Of a stretch of 64,000 bases of DNA, positions 1 through 12,540 are shown piece after piece. Positions within the stretch are counted from its first letter, which is position 1; every line of letters starts with the position of its first letter. The translations under genes and the position numbers were made by a program. The stretch is from Octopus sinensis (lineage: Eukaryota). The DNA is taken from the NCBI RefSeq assembly GCF_006345805.1, contig NC_043005.1:102734001-102798000 (forward strand), given 5' to 3'. The notes under the pieces were generated by a model that searched no databases, was not told where the DNA came from, and was given only the letters and a program-made list of their open reading frames with translations.

Positions 1-351
1 TTATCTAGATGGGATTTGAAGGATAATTAGCACTAATTGTTCGCAAATAAAATGACACCTAAATTTTGCATAGCCTTTTCCTTAAACCATTGTAATTATT
101 AAATGACACGTTACTGCGTCTAAAACTTAAAATTGGTTCATGCTCTGACGTCCATTCTTTCACCAAGAGTATTTTCGCGTAAAAAGATTTTAAAAGGCAT
201 CGGCCAAGAATCGAAATGTTGACGACTTCTCATCTCACAAGGAATATAATTTTCGCCACTTTAAGAAATAATTATGTTAGAACTATATAGGAAAAATGAG
301 ACAATTTCTTCTTCGATATGTTAATTAACTAATTCATCACGTGAATTTTAA

Positions 352-750
352 ATCGATCTTTATTGTGTGTGATAATCAATCACCTAATTTTATGAACGGC
401 TTAAAGTGAAAGTAAAAGTCATTGAACAAAGGAAATCGATATGTTACAACAAAGAAGAACATTAGTTGAGTTTCTAAAATATTGTTTTTGTGGGGAATAT
501 CATACATAGCAATGTAAAATAATTAAACTAGTTTAGGTAACAAAGTGAGTTTATGCATTCATCAAAGATAGTCCTTGACCCGGTATAAGCCCTGCATTTC
601 GGGAAAGTGGGATGCTTTAATGGGAATGCCATATTTTACCAAGTTCTATATCGATCGTTATTGTAAGCGATAATCAATCGTTTGCTTATGTGAACGGTGG
701 CTAAAAGTGCAAGTAAGAGATCGATGAAAATAGATACGCTTGGAAATTAA
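352..750. repeat. Diverged direct repeat, two ~100-bp copies offset by ~298 bp
   Basis: ATCGATCTTTATTGTGTGTGATAATCAATC...TGAACGGCTTAAAGTGAAAGTAAAAG (352-~420) aligns by eye with ATCGATCGTTATTGTAAGCGATAATCAATC...TGAACGGTGGCTAAAAGTGCAAGTAAGAG (650-~720). Confidence 0.6.
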
Positions 751-862
751 AGAATGTTTGGGCCTTAAGAAAATGTATATTTGGTAGGAGTGTTGGAGTT
801 AAATCTAGTCTACGTTGATCAACGTGTCGATTGAACACGGATGAATTCACACCTAAAAATTT

Positions 863-1160
863 GTGGAGGCACATGGCCTAGTGGTTAGAGTATCGGACTC
901 GCGATCGAGGGATCACGGGTTCGAATCTCAGACCGGACGATGTGTGTGTTTATGAGCGAGACACCTAAGCTCCACGCGGCTCTGCAACAGGTAATGGCGA
1001 AACCTCTGCTGATTCTTTCGCCACAACTTTCTCTCACTCTTCCCTCCTGCATCTTGCAGTTCACCTGCGATGAACCGGCGTCCCGTCCAGGTGGGGAACC
1101 TATACGCCGGGAAACCGGCCCTTATGAGCCGGGCATAGCTCGAGAAGGAACAAACAAAAA
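863..1160 (+). mobile_element. tRNA-derived SINE, family C, full length
   Basis: Pol III A box TGGCCTAGTGG (874-884) and B box GGTTCGAATC (918-927). Body and tail CCTGCGATGAACCGGCGTCCCGTCCAGG, ending in A-rich GGAACAAACAAAAA. Head and body match the minus-strand copy at 55334-55668. Confidence 0.85.
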
Positions 1161-1625
1161 CCTTAAAATGTACTCACAATATGTTTAGATGATGACAACT
1201 GAGGTGTGTTATAATACTTTTTCCCACTGCATTAGTTAGTTAAAGACATGTAGATGAATCCCAATTGTAAGTTCGAATTATTACATTATAAAAGTCTGCA
1301 TAGCTGTATATTTATATACATTTATATGGGTACGTAGGTAATGGAAAATCGAGAATGCTATGGTAATTTTCTAAAATATTTATACTACTTCTCAGGAAGG
1401 TGTTTAATGAAAGTACTATACGATCATGAAACAACGTTCTGTCTCTTTCTTTCTTTCTATATCTCTCGCGTTCTCTCTATCTCTCTTTCTTCTCTCATTC
1501 TTACTTGAAAAACTATTATCCGTGTTTTCCCATATTTCACAAGCTTTTGCATATTCATCAGGTATAGAAAGCAAAAGTATGTTGCACCGAGCTCCAAGCA
1601 TACCTACTTCGGGGACTAGTTCTAT

Positions 1626-1736
1626 GCTCTCTCTCTCACACACACACACGCATACACATACATACACACACACACATGCACACACACATACATACACACA
1701 CACACATACATACACACACTCGCACGCTCATGCAGA
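1626..1736. repeat. (CT)n(CA)n/(CATA)n compound microsatellite
   Basis: Directly visible; explains ORFs 1416..1715 and 1426..1764. Confidence 0.95.
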
Positions 1737-1959
1737 CAAGCATAAACCTAGTGAGATGAATTAGTTAATTCAATAACCTCACCTTTAGATATCAATGGTA
1801 TATTGTACACATCAAAGGGATATCATCCTAATTAATCTGAGATGATGAGGTGAAATATATTCGATGTTGTTTCTCAATGTTATTAGTGTAATATTTGAAT
1901 TACTTAAACACGATATTTAAAGATGTGTAGCAGTCAGCATTTGCCTGGCAGTATGTACT

Positions 1960-2330
1960 ATGGACACTACCAGGAAGCTCAACGTTTGTATAACTTCTCT
2001 TTCGGGGTTTAAATCCTGAACAATGAACCACTGAAATTTGATAATTGATACTTTGTATCAGTATCAAATTGTTCGTAATTTCTTAGATCATCCAGAAAAA
2101 GAAGTTCTTTGAGAATCTTAGATTGCTTTTCTCGGGCTAGAAAAACGCGTGAAAGTTTGAATACAAGTGTTGGAACAATTCTCTGGTGATAATGATTATG
2201 GGTAATATCTGTATAAATGTTGAAATCTTTTTGAAGCCGTATGTTGACATCCAGTCAAACTGAAATTAAAAAGCCAAGTAAAATACAAATAGACTATCAG
2301 TGCAGAGTTGGGCTGTATCGAAATGCTTCC
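1960..2330 (-). mobile_element. Possible old CR1/L2-group LINE RT C-terminal remnant
   Basis: Hand translation of the minus strand across frameshifts gives a pattern like LYF.L..(W)GCQHT..KRFQ...IITRE...RF..PRKQ.KILK, loosely resembling the post-RT region of CR1/L2 elements. Heavily decayed. Confidence 0.25.
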
Positions 2331-2633
2331 TTTCAGATACAGCTATTGCGGATGTTGCAATAATCTATTTCAATTTCTCGACAATAGATCTCACCAAAAA
2401 TGAAGACTTCCTGCATACATTTTGTTACATATCGGTAGAAATAGAGTGTTTAAAACTGATGAGATACTGCATAGTTTATAGTTAATCAGATTAACTGTAC
2501 CCAGAAGATAACGTAGAGTTGGTTGAAGAGGACAGATTTCAAGTAGGAAAGGATACCGATGCGTCTCATAAAATAAGCTGCATTTCTTAATCAACTGACA
2601 ATATTGATGCTTGCAGTATTGGTATTAGATAAA

Positions 2634-2753
2634 ACGGAGGGTGTCAGAATCGTTAACACGCCGGGCAAAATGCTAAGCGGCATTTACTTCCTGAGTTCAA
2701 ATTCTATCGAGGTTGACTTTACTCCCCATTCTTTGGAGTCGATACATAAGTAC
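2634..2753 (+). mobile_element. SINE family B, degraded 5' part
   Basis: CAGAATCGTTAACACGCCGGGCAAAATGCTAAGCGG...GAGTTCAAATTC...GAGGTTGACTTT...GAGTCGATACATAAGTAC matches the head and core of the copy at 7291. Confidence 0.75.
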
Positions 2754-2994
2754 TTTTGTTATCAAGAATTATATGCAATAGAAATAATAATTCGAAACAT
2801 TGAATATCAAGTTCTACTTCGTATATGTATATGTGCATGTATATAAAAATGTCCAGTTCCTTTGGTTTGTGTCTATGTTTTCGTTTCCCTTTGTGTTCGA
2901 CGTCTCTTTGGTGTCCTGTACTCATATATGCGTGTATATGTACATGTAGATGTAGGTACGTACATATATGTTTATATATATGCATATGTTTTAT

Positions 2995-3009
2995 TTATTA
3001 ATATATATA

Positions 3010-3066
<57 letters not shown>
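2995..3066. repeat. (TA)n microsatellite
   Basis: Directly visible. Confidence 0.95.
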
Positions 3067-3069
<3 letters not shown>

Positions 3070-4400
3070 GTGAGTGTGCATGTATATATTTATACAGAGC
3101 AACATCTTCAGAGTTGGAGAACAGCTGTGCAGGCACTCACATGTTTCAGGTGACCCGAAGGAATCGCGACAGGCCGACATAAATAAAAGTTTGCAGTAGA
3201 AGCTGACATCATACCTGTCCGGTAACCTCACACTAATCAATTCACCATGTTTTTTTTTCCAATAAAATATTTTCAAAAAAATATTAATGCTGAGATACTA
3301 TGGATATATCTTCTCGTTAAACTTTTCTCGCAATGAAATTTCCTGACGAGAAACTTCACTGTGAATTGATACCGGTGAACTTTCCATGCAGAGATTTGAT
3401 GGTGGTGAACTTACCTGTAATCCTTTTATGAAGTACTTAAGCAAAACTAAAAAAACACATATTTGACTGTCAGCTTGGATTTTAAGAAAAAAAACATCAA
3501 ACTAGCTCATTACGAATAATATCTATGAGTGGAACATTAAAAATATGCACGGCTTTTCTCAAGTTTAAAATGTCACCTTCTATATCTACTTTCCACCAAT
3601 GCGAACCTGTATTTTTTTTAGAAAAAAATGAACACCCCAATAGAGGGAATTGAATAATTAAAAATAGAACATACATAGATTCACATAATCACATAAATGT
3701 GTGTGTGTGTGATTGTAAGTATATATTTATATCTATTGTATGTATATATGTATGCATACGCAAACGCACACATACATACAGACACTCACACACATATACA
3801 GTTATGAGTGTGCACCTAGTTTATAAATGTCAAAGGAAATAAAAATTATATTACTGTATTTGGTATGACTTGTAAACTTAAAAACAAAAGAGTGTAGATT
3901 GTATAAATGTGATAGCAAAACACAATGAAACAAAGAATCATATAAGAAATATTAATGATAGCATTTGAAATGACAATGATATTTCTGATGAGATGATGAT
4001 GGTTTCCAGAAGTGGAATTTTGCTGATGAAAAATTATTACCAATATTAATAGAATTATTATTACTAATAATTATTATAATCATTTTAACTCTCATAAAAG
4101 TAGGCATTTTATAGATTTTTTTTATTCTGAATCCTATTTTCTTATTAAGTTTAAAACTATTATTTGCTTGGTAACGACTTCTCACTTGATTATTATGATA
4201 TTGCTAATGTTGATGTTGAAAAGGATGAACAAATATGATGCCTCTGTTTTAATAATCATAATGTCCATTGAATATGCGTATATCTGTGCGTATATATCTG
4301 CCGATATTTGCGTATTTGGACGTACAAAATCACAGGTACTCATACATAGATTTATACAAATATAATACACATACTCAGGCATAAGCACATAGAGTTCGTA

Positions 4401-4404
<4 letters not shown>

Positions 4405-4458
<54 letters not shown>

Positions 4459-4507
4459 CACACACACATAAATATATATATACATACATGCATATAAATA
4501 TACTTAG

Positions 4508-4562
<55 letters not shown>
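4405..4562. repeat. Two (TA)n tracts with a CA/TA spacer
   Basis: Directly visible. Confidence 0.95.
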
Positions 4563-4565
<3 letters not shown>

Positions 4566-6357
4566 ATGTATGTATGTATAAATTAACGTATATCTGACAG
4601 AGCAGCCAAAAGCAATGACAGAATAGATTCATATCTCATTGTGTCATTAACATTTCACACTAGCTTCCCTATTTATTTTCTTTCATTAATTTTTTCTCTA
4701 TATTTAACGTTCGTCAGATTTTTTTTTGTGTAATAATTTTTTTATTCATTTATTTATTAGAGGTATGTTGCTGCGAAAGATAATTACATATCTGGCAAAC
4801 AATTTCTGCGCAATCACATATTGTTTCCGAATTTAGCAGTGAAAAAATACCAGGCTGGTGGTAAATAACTTGCAATCAACAAACATTTAAGTGTTGGAAA
4901 GGTATGGAGATAGTTATCCCATTATTATTCTTTATTATTGGCTTTTGTGTCTTATTATTTAAAATAACCGAAACCCCATCATTCATTCCATCGGACTTAT
5001 GGTCGGTTGCTTTCCAAAACAGATTCGCATTACCTTCGCTCAAATGGATTTTCATTATACGTTTCCTTTTCATTCGGATATTATATATTGTTTTGTACGT
5101 TTCTCTTTATATGTATTTTTATTTTTATTGCCGACATTTATTTTTAGATTTGTAGATATTTTTGGTGTTTTCATTTTGTTAATTTCTATTATTTCTCATT
5201 GATTTGAAAAGGGGTTGCGTGACATTTTTGGTGTGTGTGTTGGAGTTGGGGGTGCGAAGAATTTTCATAAAGTTTTTCTTTGTTTTAGTGTTTCGTACTA
5301 TTTTCTAGTAGTACTAAAATTTATGTATATATATATTTATATATATTTATATACATATTTTTAATTTTCTATTTTATAACCATTCATTATATTTTCATTT
5401 GCGAGTTGTGTGAGTGTGTATGCGTGAGTGTGTATGTGTGTGTGCTCGTACCTATTTGCGTACTGTGAAATTATTTTCTTACCAACATTGTGAAACCAAG
5501 TAAACCTCCCTCAAAACATATACACACAAAACATGTATAAGCAAGTACATACAAACAAAGCCAAACGAACATATGTACACACACTGTAACATAAATACAC
5601 ACACAAATACACAAATACAAACATATGTATATATATATATACACGCACGCAGAATCAAACACGTACGTTTAAACACATACACAGGCCCACACTTGAAGTA
5701 TGTGGTTATTATTTCAAAATTGTTTATCGCATTCCTAGAAGCAAAAACCAGTACAAATATAGAATCTTTCAATTTAAATGTAAAATACCCTAAACTTCAC
5801 CTTTTTAGAATCAATGTAACACTTCCACCATAAATAGGCGAAATGTTACTGCCATTGTTTCTATGATATTTATTGAGAATTTTATCGTTATATGATATTT
5901 CATATGATAACTTTCACAAATATAATTGTGTGGATATACGTTAAAAAAAATAACTAAAAAAAAAAAACAAGATAAAGGAAAGCGAAAACGCAGCAGCATC
6001 ATGAAAATTCATATTTCCGATTAATTTGTATAAATTATACACAAATGAACAATTGGGTTCAGAAAGGAAACAAATCATAATGTATGTTATCAATGTTCTG
6101 AAAAGTGGAATATGAATTAGTTATGTATTTGTAAATCTCTTCTATATCCTCTGTTCAGATGTTTTATGCACGGACACACGCGCGCACACGCATGTGCACA
6201 CGCGCACACGCATGTGCACACGCGCAAACACGCACGCAGACACACAGATGCACACACAAACACGTATGTAAAGACAGACGTACAGCACTCAAAAGTTACA
6301 CACTCCTACATGTGTACAAATATATTTGTATATATTTATATATTTACACACACTTAG

Positions 6358-6399
<42 letters not shown>

Positions 6400-6400
6400 C

Positions 6401-6505
6401 ATTCTTTTTATTCTTCTATTCGTTTCAGTCATTTGACTGCGGCCATTCTGGAGCACCACCATTAGCCGAACAAATCGAACCCAGGAGTTATTCTTTGTAA
6501 GCCTA
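6401..6505 (-). mobile_element. SINE family A, 3' tail fragment
   Basis: Reverse complement of the family A tail: GTTTCAGTCATTTGACTGCGGCCATTCTGGAGCACC...GTTATTCTTTGTAAGCCTAG. Confidence 0.85.
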
Positions 6506-6666
6506 GAGACGACTAGAGAAAGTGATAAAGAGAGAGAGAAAGATATATAAATAGAAAGATAGATATATACAAATCTAAATATATACATATATATATATAT
6601 ATAATATATATATATATATATAATATATATATATATATACATGCATACACACGCTCAAACACGCGC

Positions 6667-6703
<37 letters not shown>

Positions 6704-7290
6704 AAAGAGAAAAAGAGAGAGATTTGAATACAGGCAAACATAATACACTCATTCACTCACATGGAGGCATATATTTATATGCATTCAGATATGCAAATGA
6801 AGATAATCAAGATGGAAAGTATGGACCAGCTGAATCACAGATCGAAATTCAACGCAAACACATCCAAATTTACCATAGATGACTTAAAGTACCTAACCAG
6901 AAGCAATATTTAACGAAAATCGAGCTGTATAGTCTATAAATAGTAAAACATCTATATAGTACAAAAAAAAGCATCTCAAGAGCGCCAAAAAAAATAATTT
7001 GAGCTGATCAAACCATCGTACATTAAGTAGAAATGCTGGAAATATTTTTTGTATATTGTGGAAGGAAAAACATTCCAAAATCTTCTCTACGCTGATGCAA
7101 AAATGATTCCAATCAGTACATTCTTTCTGAATATGATTATTAAGAAAACAAAACATCCCCTTTAAAGATTTTGAACGTAAGAGAAAATAAATACATCATG
7201 TATGTGCATCCGTCATCCATCAATCTATCCATCCATCCATACATACATACATGCATACATATTTATTTTAATATGCATTTTGCAAAAGAA

Positions 7291-7500
7291 GGCGGCGAGC
7301 TGGCAGAAACGTTAGCACGCCGGGCGAAATGCTTAGCGGTAGCTCGCCTGTCTCCAAGTTCTGAGGCCGAATTTGCCGAATATGCCTTTCATCCTTTCGG
7401 GGTCGATAAATGCAGTACCAGGTGCATACTGGGTCGATCTATTCGACTAGTCTCCTCCCGATACCTTTCGGGTCTTGTGCATAGAGTAGAAGAGAATATT
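7291..7500 (+). mobile_element. tRNA-derived SINE, family B (tail type i)
   Basis: Head GGCGGCGAGCTGGCAGAAACGTTAGCACGCCGGGCGAAATGCTTAGCGG, core GCCTTTCATCCTTTCGGGGTCGATAAA..AGTACCAG, tail ...TTCGGGTCTTGTGC...AGTAGAAGAGAATATT. Confidence 0.85.
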
Positions 7501-9402
7501 TTATAAAAGCTGTCTGAACTGTAGCAACAAATGCTAGAAGAACGTACACACACACACACGCGCGCGCGCGCGCGTACATACTCACTGACTCACAAATACG
7601 CGTATATATATACATATGTGCGTGTGTCTGTAAGTATATATATATATATATATACGTATACGCAATTTTGTATGTATGTGTATGTTTTTCTGAGTATTTA
7701 TACAAACATGCATACATACATATATATATATATATGATGAGTACGTACTTGCATGATAGCTCTCAATCCATTTCGCGCAATGCCATTTAAACACGAGCAG
7801 CACAGATGTCGCTCTCTTTCCTACCAGATATATATATATATTCTCTTTTGCAGAGAAATGGCAACGATGAGCGTTTCATACAGCAGGCGTTCAGTGAACT
7901 GTCACATACCTTTATTTCATCTCTTACGTTTTCATGGAAATATGTTTTCACCATTTCCAGTTACGTTCAGCTGTAGCATGCGACACAGAATATAAGCCGT
8001 TCTCCGTGTGTATGCTTGTCTAAAACTTCATTAAGTCAAATGTTAAATCCCAAATCTCTAGATAACGAGTAGAACATGCCTAGTACTTAACTTTAATTAC
8101 AAGCCAAATATAAACCAATTAAAATGATCGGGGTTATATACAGTTCTGAGAGAGAATTCCTAAATCACGTCGTTAGCATATTAAGATAATGTGTACGAAA
8201 ATGGAACTTTTCTCCTTGCATCAGTTGATCTAAAATAAATTTTGTCAACAAATTCAAAGTTCCATTCTATCTAGAGTTACAAAAAGTTATAGCAGAAATA
8301 TATACACTGGCGAAAATAAACTAATTTTGCCAGTAAATTTGAAACGTTTATATTAATTTGACATTAGAATTCTTAAAGTTGTATAAAATAGTTATTATCT
8401 GCATCATTCGAAAGAGAAATAAATTCTGCATAAGGTGAAAAAGATAAAAATGATTTGTATGGTGTTAGCAACAAAATATTTTGTAAGAAATAGAACTTTT
8501 ATCATCGGTCTTAAATTTATTTCCGCCAGTGTAATTCTGTAGTGGTCAGTCAAAAAGACAAATAAACAAAAAGCATTGAGCATTATAACTTAATTTAATA
8601 TAAAACACCAGAACTGAAATGAACGTAAAAGCACCAAGACGGCTGTCAAGTGGTGGTGAGGGATGATCATACACACACACACACGTGCACTCATACACAC
8701 ACGCACACGTGTAGCGGTCTGTCAAGCACAATTGTTTCGATGTAATTTCTGCCCCTCAGAACTTTGAAGTATGTTACGAACGTATTCTATAACGAAGCCA
8801 CTAAGCAAACCCTATTTTGACACAGCTGAAGCAAAATTACCACAAAACGGAGGAAGGAGTTACACTACTGGCGTCCTTTCCAAGATTGTACACAAGGGCT
8901 TTAAGAAGGCTTTAAGTACTTTAAGTACTTTAAGTACTTTAAGAAGGGCTTTAAGTACTCACCGTAACAAAGCAACCCATTCTGCTCAAAGTTGTGTTCC
9001 TACACAGTTAAATAATATACCTCATATATATTTAGACGTAGAGCATGATGCGGATAATTTCGTAATCTGTTAGAATATATACGTTTACATCTATGTACTT
9101 CCGATACAGCAACGTCTCTCTAACTATTTAGAATATTTCCGACATCTATAACGTGTGTATTGTAGAATACTCATTAGGGTGGAGCGAAAAAGGTGCTTTT
9201 TACTCAGATTTTTGAAATATGTTTTTAAGAATGTATTCTTTATTGCGAAATCCTTTATAGACAACTGTGTAAAAATCTGAAGATCTTAAATTTACATCTT
9301 CCGGCTACGGATCCCACTTCAAATTTAGAATAATGAGCGAAAAATCAATTCATAACACGTTTGACACTCTTCAGTTTAATTTTACATTTTTACATATTTT
9401 TA

Positions 9403-9800
9403 GGTGTAGGAGTGGCTTTATGGTAAGTAGCTTGCTTTCCGACCACATAGTTCAGGGTTCAGTCCCACTACGTGGCACCTTGGTCAAGTGTCTTCTACTA
9501 TCGCCTCGGGCCGACCAAAGCCTTGTGAGTGGATTTGGTAGACGGAAACTGAAAGAAGCGCGTCGTATATATGTATATATATGTATGTATTTGTGTGCCT
9601 GTGTTTGTCCTCCCAACATCGCTTGACAACCGATGCTGGTGTGTTTAAGTCCCCGTAACTTAGCGGTTCGGCAAAAGAGACCGATAGAATAAGTACTGGG
9701 CTTACAAAGAATAAGTCCTGGGGTCGATTTGCCCGACTAAAGGTGGCGCTCCAGCATGGCCACAGTCAAATGACTGAAACAAGTAAAAGAGTAAAGAGTA
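9403..9800 (+). mobile_element. SINE family A (tRNA head + CORE-like segment + internal microsatellite + 3' module), full length
   Basis: GGTGTAGGAGTGGC..TGGTAAGTAGCTTGC...GGGTTCAGTCCCACT.CGTGGCACCTTGG.CAAGTG...GTAGACGGAAACTGAAAGAAGC-(TA/TG)n-...CCAGCATGGCC.CAGTCAAATGACTGAAACAAGTAAAAGAG. High identity to the copies at 12541 and 21271. Confidence 0.92.
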
Positions 9801-10049
9801 TTCATTATTACGAATCAATTTTCGTTTGAGAATTACTTGTGAAACAAGCGTGTTAAAATCTTAAGTTCTAAAATTTATATCTTCCGATTCCGCAACACAT
9901 TTCAAATTTCAAAATTATGTGAAATAAACAGACTCTTCAACACTGTTTTTATTATTAATTTTTTTTTATATACTAGGTCACCGAATATATGTGTTACATG
10001 AGGTCTAGATTACAGACACATAAAAATAAATTAAGTAAATTGTCAAGAT

Positions 10050-10730
10050 TGTAGCAGAAAAGATAATTCTTCTTTGCAAAATGCATCCATCTGAGTCGCT
10101 TAAACCGAAAATCTTAAACTTTCCTTTGCTCGCGTAGAAGGGCGACTGTGATGTGGTCAATCGTTTCTAATTAACCTCCGATCATTCTGAATGAACCTCT
10201 GAATCAACAATCAGAATCAATATTCTAATCAACCGCTGAACATTTAGATACTGCTTGATCTATTCCGCCAATGGTCATTTTTCAATTTAATCCTGTAAAA
10301 AATTTTGTTCTCGCAGTGGTACTTTTTCGTCTCTATGACAACTGCAGTATTTAAAGGAGTTGCACTTGCAACAGGAAGTATCAAATAAAATCTTTTGTTG
10401 CATTGTTTTTACAAACATTACCCTTTGTTTGTAACGGATTTTAATAAGGCTTTGGTATTTTAGATATAAGTTTAAGATTTTCGGTTTAACTGACTGAATC
10501 GTAAAAAGGGGTGAATGTCTTTTGCCAAAGAATGATCTCTTTGCTACAACCTTGAAAATTTGTTTAAATGAATGATCTTTCTTAACTACATTCGATTCCT
10601 TTTCTCGATCAAATGAAACACATTTTAGTACGTCCTTGTATGTTGGCAAAACTCTCTCGCTAGGATCACATGGAGTACCAAATATTGAGAATTCGATATC
10701 ATGAGGCGCAATCGGCTTATGAGTCATCAC
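10050..10730 (-). pseudogene. Transposase N-terminal remnant (hATm-like)
   Basis: ORF 10287..10730 has FGTP...LPTYKDVL and LFDTSCCKC..F..CSC.RDEKVPLREQNFLQD, followed after a stop and frameshift by KMTIGGID. I recognise this CxC..CxC..KVP..E..FL.DQR..M.IG pattern from hATm-type transposases. Confidence 0.6.
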
Positions 10731-11039
10731 TAAATGTAAACAACACTAAATTTAACACGATCATTAATTTTAATACAATAGTCCGAAGTCAAGGTACAAA
10801 GCAGAAAATTTCACACACGTACGACGTATGTCCACACACAACGACCGTTGCAGCAGCACTGGAGAGAGGTTCGCACTCCTCTTTATTGCCAGTGTGCAAC
10901 CACAAGGTATTGGTCAATTGTATTGAAATTTGGTATGCAGCCTCTTAAGGATATTATATTTACTCTTTTGCATTCTGTAATACAGAAATATGCATTCTTT
11001 ACAGATTTTAATCCATGAAATCCAAAATTCGACCAAGAA

Positions 11040-11900
11040 TAGGGATTGTTAAAATTTTACATTGCGTTGCGGAGTCTGAAAAAAAATTTTACCGCAAAGT
11101 TTTTATACACCTTTCACGTAACACTATTTCGCAACTCAATATTAATTCTTGGTTTAATACTTATGTTATTAAAAGCGACCCGAAGAATCGTTGCCGTTTT
11201 GTACATTTGAATTTATGCTGCATTGTACGGCGGAATATGATTTGACCTTCTAGAATACTCGTGATGTCTTTAAAGATCTTGGTTCTCCTTTACTCATTAT
11301 GGAAACCTTTATGTTTGTGGTTGCAAGCATCTAGAAATGATTGATGTAAATTCTTCTCCCTATTGAAGAATAAAATTGTCACATCGGTTCTAGCTGGCAC
11401 CGGTAAAATATAACCCGTTACAGGATTCTCAAGGTCGATGGACGGACTTCCAATTTGGTTCACGTTCGTCAGCTAAGAGGTAGTGTACGTATATTGGTGC
11501 TCATCGGGTCTACTCTCAAGACTCGTTCCTGTGCTAAAGAGTTTCATATTGAGAAGTGAACAAACTGTTGTGATTTACATTGATAATTACTGAGGAGGTC
11601 TTTTGACCCCTGGTTTTTGATGATTAGAAATCCAATCTGTCAGCTCACTAATATCGCATTCCCATATCCAGCTCATGTTACTTATATTGCAATTCTTGGT
11701 TTCATGGATATCTTTCCGTTTTCGTTCTACCAATAGAAAGGCCGACAACTACAAAAGGACTTTGGCAGAAAATTCATGCTCGATCATTAGTATAAACTAT
11801 CATTTATCAATACTGAGTGATGGATGCCGCAAGGTTAATACCAGCCGCTGATTGTATGTAATTAGAAATCAGTAATATAATTAGTTCTCTGAAATTGATG
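11040..11900 (-). mobile_element. Second hAT-like remnant carrying the C-terminal part of the transposase
   Basis: Hand translation through several frameshifts gives IGFLIIKNQGSKD, RVDPMSTN and YLLADERE, resembling the WF.IK....KDG / DP...N / ML.DER motifs of hATm C-termini. A TAGGG terminus-like start lies at 11040. Confidence 0.35.
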
Positions 11901-12540
11901 AATCGATCTGGAAATATCAGAACTATCAACTGTGAGTGATACATGAATATTTTTTTTTTTACAGTATATTTTTTTAGTAGTCATACAAAATTTTTACGCT
12001 AATTTGTTTTATCTAAGAGTATAAATTTATGTGATTACTTGTTATGTAAACCTACTCTCTACGTTTACTTGTTATGTAAACCTACTACGTTGGGAAGATT
12101 TTCGTTACAATATTTTTTTGATTTTTCTGAAGAATGAAACCCAATTGATTTCTGAAGAATGAAATCTCGTTCTGACTACAAATTCCATTACATTTCTAAT
12201 GTAGCAAGTAATTATACATATTCGTTATTAAATGGAATGGTACTGGACCCTGTCTTATCTTTCTACATACCCAAACTTCAAAAATTGGGATTATCTTACA
12301 CACTATTTCGAGGACTTTTAATGATCAGAGTTAGTGATTTTGTTAGTGTTCAGTTGTACTATTTTTTAACTAATGCTTTTTCCTATTAGGATCCACTTCC
12401 GTATTTTTGGAGCCGGATAATGCTTGAAGTTACTTGTTGATGTTCAACATCTGGTATCCAAATTCTTCCTGCAAAACCTTGTTTTACTCTGTTGCAGTAG
12501 TTGCAATACATATGACTGGAGTCACAGTAATATATATATT

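Larger units (their letters stand above)
9175..11039 (-). mobile_element. hAT-superfamily (hATm-like) DNA transposon remnant, internally deleted and interrupted by a SINE
   Basis: Terminus-like TAGGGTGGAGCGAAAAA at 9175; transposase N-terminal ORF at 10287..10730. Superfamily call is from recalled motifs, and a matching opposite TIR was not found. Confidence 0.45.

Noticed and set aside
863-940. tRNA gene
   Set aside because: It has A and B boxes but no paired acceptor stem, and it runs straight into a SINE body found elsewhere in the window.
8771-9073. 100-aa ORF with an LSTLSTLST repeat
   Set aside because: The repeat comes from a short 9-bp CTTTAAGTA tandem; no domain or splice support.
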